The position numbers and the translations under genes are program-made. From Candidatus Latescibacterota bacterium (GTDB lineage: Bacteria > Krumholzibacteriota > Krumholzibacteriia > WVZY01 > JAKEHA01), in contig OY970173.1 in assembly GCA_963707635.1 (NCBI GenBank), positions 1,888,001 to 1,952,000 of the forward strand: 64,000 bases of DNA. The letters run 5' to 3'. The notes beneath the pieces were generated by a model. The model was not told the origin of the DNA, made no database searches, and saw only the letters and a list, made by a program, of their open reading frames with translations. Shown here piece after piece: positions 58,636-64,000 of the stretch; the stretch's first letter is position 1, and each line of letters opens with the position of its first letter.

Positions 58636-59262
58636 ATGATGAGCCGCCCCCCCGATCGCACCGCCGCCGCGCCGCCGGGCCCGCGGACGCTCAAGCACGA
58701 ACTGCAACGTAAGTCGTTTCATCTCGGCATGATAATCGTGCCGGTCTGGGTGTACTTTCTACCCCCCACCCCCGCCCTGCTTGGCCTCATACTTGCTACT
58801 TTCGTCACCGTCGCGATCGACTTGCTGCGACTAAGCGACCATCGGCTCCGAACATTTTTTCTGCGATTGTTCCGATCGCTGATCCGCAGCCACGAGGAAG
58901 AGCACCTGCTGGGGTCGACGCACTACATGATCGCGGCGCTGTTGAGCGTGGTCGTGTTCGACCACGCGATCGCCATCGCCGCGCTGGCGTTTCTGGTCCT
59001 CGGCGATGCGGCCGCGGCGATCGTCGGTAAGCGTTTTGGGGTGGCGAGGTTCTGGGGCAAGAGCCCGCAGGGATCGTTCGCCTGTCTGACGGTGTGTTTG
59101 CTGGTCGGGTCCCTGCTGCTCCCGAGCCTGTGGCTGGCCGCGATCGGGGCAGTGGTGGCCACGGTAGCCGAGGCGATGCCGTCGCCTCTGGACGACAACA
59201 TGCGGGTTCCCATTTTCAGCGGCATCGCGATGCAACTGGCGGCGCGGTTCCTGCAGGGGTAA
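58636..59262 (+). CDS. CTP-dependent polyprenol/diacylglycerol kinase family (phytol/dolichol kinase-like)
   Basis: ELQRKSFH, LGDAAAAIVGKRFG, KSPQGS, LDDNMRVP. Confidence 0.85.
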   Translation: MMSRPPDRTAAAPPGPRTLKHELQRKSFHLGMIIVPVWVYFLPPTPALLGLILATFVTVAIDLLRLSDHRLRTFFLRLFRSLIRSHEEEHLLGSTHYMIAALLSVVVFDHAIAIAALAFLVLGDAAAAIVGKRFGVARFWGKSPQGSFACLTVCLLVGSLLLPSLWLAAIGAVVATVAEAMPSPLDDNMRVPIFSGIAMQLAARFLQG

Positions 59263-59268
59263 GTAAGC

Positions 59269-60213
59269 ATGTTCCTTAAGCGACTGTTCGCATTCATTCC
59301 GAAGAGCGAGTTTTCCAAGGCTCTGAACCTCTTCAATTCGGGCGAGTACCGCAAGGCGCTGGCCCGTTTCCAGGAGCTGCAGGGCATCGCGGAACAGGCC
59401 AGCGACGTCGACCGCGCCACCCTCGACCTGTATACGTGCGAAGCGCACGTGGCGATCGCGAAGGAGTGCGGCGTGGCGGGCGACACCGCGGGCGCGATGC
59501 GCGAGATGGAGGCGGCGGTGGCGATCAAGCCGATGTTCGCCGACCTCCACTACAAGCTGGGCGTGCTGTATTCGCAGACCGGTCGCCTGGAGGACGCGCG
59601 CAACTGTTTCCGCAATTCGCTCGAGATCAACAACAAGTTCTTCCGCTCGCGCGTGTATCTCTCCATGATTTCGCGCCGCATGGGCGACCTGGACACGGCC
59701 GTGCGGGAAGCCGTCAGCTCGAAGCACAGCTGCCCGAACTTCTATCGCGAGACGCTGGAGTCGCTGGTGATGACGCTGCGCACCGGCAGCGAGGACGAGA
59801 TCGCGCGTCTGTACTCGGAACTGATCGAGGAGCGGCCGAGCTCGGCCCAGATCAGCCGCGAGCTGGCGATCGAGGCGATCCAGAACGGCAACATGGACGA
59901 AGCGATCCGCGAGCTCAAGAAGGCGATCGCGCTCAAGCCGGATTACCCGGATCTCCACAACTACCTGGGCATCGCATACGGCAACAGCGGAATGGTCGAC
60001 GACGCGGTCCAGGAATTCGAAGTGGCGCTCAAGATCAACCCGTACTACCTGAAGGCCCGTCTCAACCTGGCGCTGCTCTATTATGAAAACGCCCGCTACG
60101 ACGAGGCCCAGGCGCAGCTCGACATGGTCCTCAAGGTCCAGTCCGACAACCAGCTCGCGAACAATCTCCTGCACGAGCTTCGCGTCGTGGCGTCGGGCCG
60201 GACCGGGAAGTAA
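59269..60213 (+). CDS. Cytoplasmic TPR protein
   Basis: Repeated P.FADLHYKLG / PDYPDLHNYLG / ARLNLAL TPRs. Confidence 0.88.
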   Translation: MFLKRLFAFIPKSEFSKALNLFNSGEYRKALARFQELQGIAEQASDVDRATLDLYTCEAHVAIAKECGVAGDTAGAMREMEAAVAIKPMFADLHYKLGVLYSQTGRLEDARNCFRNSLEINNKFFRSRVYLSMISRRMGDLDTAVREAVSSKHSCPNFYRETLESLVMTLRTGSEDEIARLYSELIEERPSSAQISRELAIEAIQNGNMDEAIRELKKAIALKPDYPDLHNYLGIAYGNSGMVDDAVQEFEVALKINPYYLKARLNLALLYYENARYDEAQAQLDMVLKVQSDNQLANNLLHELRVVASGRTGK

Positions 60214-60241
60214 CACCAGCGAGACCCGGAGCGCGGCCATC

Positions 60242-61021
60242 ATGGAACAGAACGTAAAGTTTATCGACTACTACGAGGTGCTGGGGGTGTGGCCGACCGC
60301 CGACACCGACACCATCAAGAAGGCGTACTTCAAGCTGGCCAAGCTGCACCACCCCGACATAGCGGGCGAGTCGGCGGAGAAGGAAGCCGTCGATTTCAAG
60401 CTGATCAACGAGGCGTTCGCGATCTTGAGTGACGCCGCGCAGCGGCGCGAGTTCGACGAGCGCCTGAAGAAGAAGTTGGGCGGGACCCAGGCCGAGCGCC
60501 GCGAAGCGGACAAGCGGTCCGCCCAGCTCTCCTACGACCAGGCCCGGGCCGCCATGCGCCAGAATCGATACGACAAGGCCGCGGTGCTCCTGAAGGCCGC
60601 GATCAAGTTCGACGAATCGAATCCCGCCTACCACAGCTGGTACGGATTCTCGCTGGGAGTGCTGCGCACCCAGCTCCACGAGGCGCGTGACGCGTGCAAG
60701 AAGGCGCTGGAAATGGAATTCTACAACGCCGACTACCATGCGAATCTCGGTTTCGTATACATGCAGGCGGGACTCGCCAGCACGGCGATGGAGTGTTTCG
60801 AAGAGGCGCTGAAGTGGGACCCGGAGCACCCGGTGGCGTCGCGCTACTTCAAGAACGGCAAGGACGGCAAGCCGGTTGCCAACCTGAACGGGAAGTCGAA
60901 GGGCAGCGGGCTGTTCGGCATTTTCCGGCGCGGCGGCGACGGCGACGACAAGGCGACCGCCACCGCGACTCCCACCATCCGCAAGTCGAAGTCCGCCCGC
61001 CGTTCCACGCGCCGCTCGTGA
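60242..61021 (+). CDS. J-domain (DnaJ) protein with TPRs
   Basis: DYYEVLGV...IKKAYFKLAKLHHPD...FKLINEAFAILSD, followed by TPRs. Confidence 0.9.
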   Translation: MEQNVKFIDYYEVLGVWPTADTDTIKKAYFKLAKLHHPDIAGESAEKEAVDFKLINEAFAILSDAAQRREFDERLKKKLGGTQAERREADKRSAQLSYDQARAAMRQNRYDKAAVLLKAAIKFDESNPAYHSWYGFSLGVLRTQLHEARDACKKALEMEFYNADYHANLGFVYMQAGLASTAMECFEEALKWDPEHPVASRYFKNGKDGKPVANLNGKSKGSGLFGIFRRGGDGDDKATATATPTIRKSKSARRSTRRS

Positions 61022-61109
61022 CCCGGTCGCGCTCCCGCTTTCGCCAGCCAACATTGAGTTGACACCCTGAAAGGCGCACGCCTACGCTCGATCCCGCCGA
61101 GCGTGCGCC

Positions 61110-63041
61110 ATGAATCGATCCATTTGCTATATGCCCGTTGCGAACGGGCCCGACGAGCGACGCGACCTCGCCTACGCCGAGGGATCGGCGCGCGCGAAGA
61201 GCCTCCACCTCCTCTTCCAGGACACGGGACCGCGCTCCTCCGACGCCCGCATGCGCTTTCTCAAGGCCGGGTACCGGGACGTGGTTGCGCGCTACCTCGA
61301 CCCGTCGCACCCCCGGACCGCCGCCGCGCTGCTGCGCGACGTCGTCCGCGCGCTCGACCAGCTCGCCCGCGGCGTCGACACCCGGCTCGACGACTACCGC
61401 GAGCTGGGCGTGTACGTGCTCGCGGGCGAGATGGACGTTTACTATCTGCTGTGCACACGGGGTGGCGCGGCGAGGGTGCGCCGCAACGGCGTGTTCATTC
61501 CCGTGAACCCGGCGACGCTCGCGGGCGTGCGCGAGCTTTCGATCGACTCGGCGCGCGCCCAGCGGGACCTGTTCACGCCCACGCTCCCGGACAGCCTGGT
61601 TCTGTTTCGTATCGAGGGGCCGGTCGTCGCGGGTGGCTCGCCGCTCGAGCTCCTGCTCGGCGGCGATCCCGACGACGCGGGTGCCGCCATCGACGCCCTC
61701 GACGTGCCCCGACCGCAGGGCCACCACCTGGCGGTGTCCGAGCGCGGCCGTCACGCGGTCATGTACGTGGCCTTCGAGCCGTCCTCGCGCGGCCGGCCGA
61801 CCGCGGCGCCGGCGGCGGCGCCGACGCGAGCGTCGTTCCCACTGCGCCGGGCGACCTGGGTGGCGAGTACGGCGTTGCTGGCGGCCGTCATCGCCGGGCT
61901 CGTGCTGACGAAGCCGTGGGACGCGCGCGACGGCCGGGGCGATTCGAACAACGCACGTGCGTCGCAGGAGCGGGTCGCGGCGCTGGCGGCGCGGCGCGCG
62001 CCGGTCGAGCCCGCGCCCGAGCCGGTTGCGCCCGCGGCGACGGAGCAAGCGGTTCCGGCCCCGGAGGCCTCCGGCTTTCGCGTGGCGTGGGAAAAGGCGT
62101 ACCGCGCGGCGGTGACGTCGTCTCCTTGTGCGCTCGGGGGCGCGGTCGTTTTCGGCGCGCGCGACGGCAAGGTCTACGCGCTGGATCGCGCGAGCGGGGC
62201 GAAGGTGTGGACGCACGCGGCATCCGCCGGGGTGGGCGCGTCGCCGCTGGTGCGCAACGACGCGGTGGTGGTGGCAGACTACACCGGGACGGTGGTCCGC
62301 CTCGCGCGGGGCGACGGCCGCGTGGCGTGGAAGCGGGCGCTGCACGAACGGGTGGTGAGCACCCCGGCGACCGACGGCGTGCGCGTGGCGGTGGGAACCG
62401 CGACGGGAAACGTGTACGCGCTGTCGCTCGAAACCGGACGGGTGTTGTGGAAGTTCCGGACCCGGGGGCAGATCCGCGGCGCCATCGCGCACGCGCGCGA
62501 CACCTACTTCGTGCCGTCGCACGACGGACGGCTCTATGCGCTTGCGGAGGACACGGGGGCGCGTCGGTGGGCGCTCGCACTCGGCGGGCCGGTCGCGTCG
62601 TCGCCGGCGAGCGATGGGTCCGTGGTCGTGGTAGGCACGGCGCGCGGCGAAATCGTGGCGCTGGACGCGGCCAGCGGCGCGCGGCGCTGGGCGGTTTCCA
62701 CCAGCGGTGAGGTCAACTCCGGCGTGGAAATAGATCGCGGGCGCGTATACGCCGGCAACGCCGACGGGCAGGTGTACTGCGTGGACGCGGCGAGCGGCCG
62801 GGTCGTCTGGCGCGCCGAGACGTCGGGTCCGGTTCTGTCCAAGCCGTTCGTCGGTGACGGGCTGGTCGTGGTCACGTCGTACGATCGCCGCGTGTATTGC
62901 TTCGACGCCGGCTCGGGAGAGGTGGTGGATCGCTACGAGACGAGCGAGGCGATCTTTTCCTCTCCGGCGCTGATCGAGGGCCGCGTCTACTTCGGCAACA
63001 ACGCGGGCCGGTTCTACTGTCTGGAGGCGCCGCGCTCCTAG
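61110..63041 (+). CDS. Membrane protein: cytoplasmic N domain, TM, PQQ/BamB-like beta-propeller
   Basis: TM near [11 protein letters not shown] and eight G.VYALD..SG...W repeats. TTGACA-N18-TACGCT upstream. Confidence 0.82.
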   Translation: MNRSICYMPVANGPDERRDLAYAEGSARAKSLHLLFQDTGPRSSDARMRFLKAGYRDVVARYLDPSHPRTAAALLRDVVRALDQLARGVDTRLDDYRELGVYVLAGEMDVYYLLCTRGGAARVRRNGVFIPVNPATLAGVRELSIDSARAQRDLFTPTLPDSLVLFRIEGPVVAGGSPLELLLGGDPDDAGAAIDALDVPRPQGHHLAVSERGRHAVMYVAFEPSSRGRPTAAPAAAPTRASFPLRRATWVASTALLAAVIAGLVLTKPWDARDGRGDSNNARASQERVAALAARRAPVEPAPEPVAPAATEQAVPAPEASGFRVAWEKAYRAAVTSSPCALGGAVVFGARDGKVYALDRASGAKVWTHAASAGVGASPLVRNDAVVVADYTGTVVRLARGDGRVAWKRALHERVVSTPATDGVRVAVGTATGNVYALSLETGRVLWKFRTRGQIRGAIAHARDTYFVPSHDGRLYALAEDTGARRWALALGGPVASSPASDGSVVVVGTARGEIVALDAASGARRWAVSTSGEVNSGVEIDRGRVYAGNADGQVYCVDAASGRVVWRAETSGPVLSKPFVGDGLVVVTSYDRRVYCFDAGSGEVVDRYETSEAIFSSPALIEGRVYFGNNAGRFYCLEAPRS

Positions 63042-63139
63042 CCGGGGTCGGTGCGGCGGGTCGGTCGTCGCCCGCCTTGCGCCCCCACCCCCGGTTTGCT
63101 ACCTTCCGGCATGCACGTCACGAAAGGCCGTTCGCGTCT

Positions 63140-64000
63140 ATGAGTCTGCTGCAAAAGTTCTTTAAGCCTAAGTCACAGCGTGACTTCCAGCGAAACTCTC
63201 CGCTCCTTGACGAGGTCAATCTCCGCTTTCGGGAGTTCGACGGGTTCACCCCCGAGCAGTTCAGGGCCAAGACCGACGAACTGCGCGCGCGGGTCGCCGA
63301 CGGGGAGACACTGGACAGCGTGCTGCCCGAGGCGTACGGCCTGGTCAAGGCGGCGTGCAAGGCGCTCGTCGGCACCACCTGGAACGTGTGCGAGATTCCC
63401 ACGCGCTGGGAGATGGTCCCCTACGACGTGCAGATCGTCGGCGGGATCGTCCTGCACGAAGGAAAGATCGCCGAGATGGCCACCGGCGAAGGCAAGACCC
63501 TGGTCGCCACCATGCCGCTGTACCTGAACGCGCTCTCGGGGCGCGGCGTGAACTTGATCACCGTCAACGACTACCTGGCCCGGCGCGATTCGGAGTGGAT
63601 GGGACGGGTGTTCGAGCTCCTCGGCGTCACCGTCGGCTGCATCCACGCCGACATGCCCAACGAGGCGCGCAAGCAGGCGTACGCGCGCGACGTGACCTAC
63701 GGCACCAACAACGAGTTCGGGTTCGATTACCTGCGCGACAACATGAAGACGCGCGCGGAGGATCGCGTCCAGCGGGGGCACTACTACGCCATCGTGGACG
63801 AAGTCGACAGCGTGCTGATCGACGAGGCCAGGACCCCGCTGATCATCTCCGGGCCGGTGTCCCACAGCCAGTCCTCGGATCTCTTCGCGCGCTTGAAGCC
63901 GAAGGTCGAGCGGGTGGTGACCCTGCAGACGCGCCTCATGAACGACCTGGTCGCGTTCGCAGAAAAGCACCGCGACGACCCCGAGCAGGAAGAAGAAGTG
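63140..64000 (+). CDS. secA: Preprotein translocase subunit SecA, 3'-partial
   Basis: [15 protein letters not shown]..., [65 protein letters not shown]. It runs off the window and is absent from the ORF track. Confidence 0.97.
   Translation, partial: MSLLQKFFKPKSQRDFQRNSPLLDEVNLRFREFDGFTPEQFRAKTDELRARVADGETLDSVLPEAYGLVKAACKALVGTTWNVCEIPTRWEMVPYDVQIVGGIVLHEGKIAEMATGEGKTLVATMPLYLNALSGRGVNLITVNDYLARRDSEWMGRVFELLGVTVGCIHADMPNEARKQAYARDVTYGTNNEFGFDYLRDNMKTRAEDRVQRGHYYAIVDEVDSVLIDEARTPLIISGPVSHSQSSDLFARLKPKVERVVTLQTRLMNDLVAFAEKHRDDPEQEEEV

Overview
A GC-rich bacterial chromosomal window of about 57 CDS and 2 tRNAs, mostly core or housekeeping genes, with no integrase, transposase or CRISPR array. 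A FlgD-Ig/T9SS-like C-terminal sorting domain, a PorV/PorQ-like barrel and a GWxTD protein suggest an FCB-related lineage such as Krumholzibacteriota, Latescibacterota or Eisenbacteria (inference). Housekeeping genes include sucA, mdh, ETF-QO, nuoI, a glcD-like oxidase, bioY, nfeD-slipin, HU, comEC-purN-purC-purH-guaA, two lytic transglycosylases and a partial secA. The main signals the ORF track misses are: (1) a radical SAM gene whose apparent UGA stop at 3264-3266 reads through as C-U-A-E-P with a perfect SECIS-like hairpin, i.e. a selenoprotein, co-oriented with an Nfu Fe-S carrier and an ATP-grasp ligase and divergent from a fused swivel-first aconitase; (2) a promoter-to-terminator ~70-nt sRNA candidate divergent from sucA; (3) a ~96-nt structured dispersed repeat in two copies with compensatory changes; (4) a multi-stem 5' leader upstream of a small secreted protein; (5) a sigma-54 cascade containing a degenerate FleS/FleR-like pair behind a -24/-12 promoter; (6) a 31-aa basic bS22/COX24-like ORF; (7) a frameshifted GWxTD gene. 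All calls come from reading the sequence by eye; no database searches were run.
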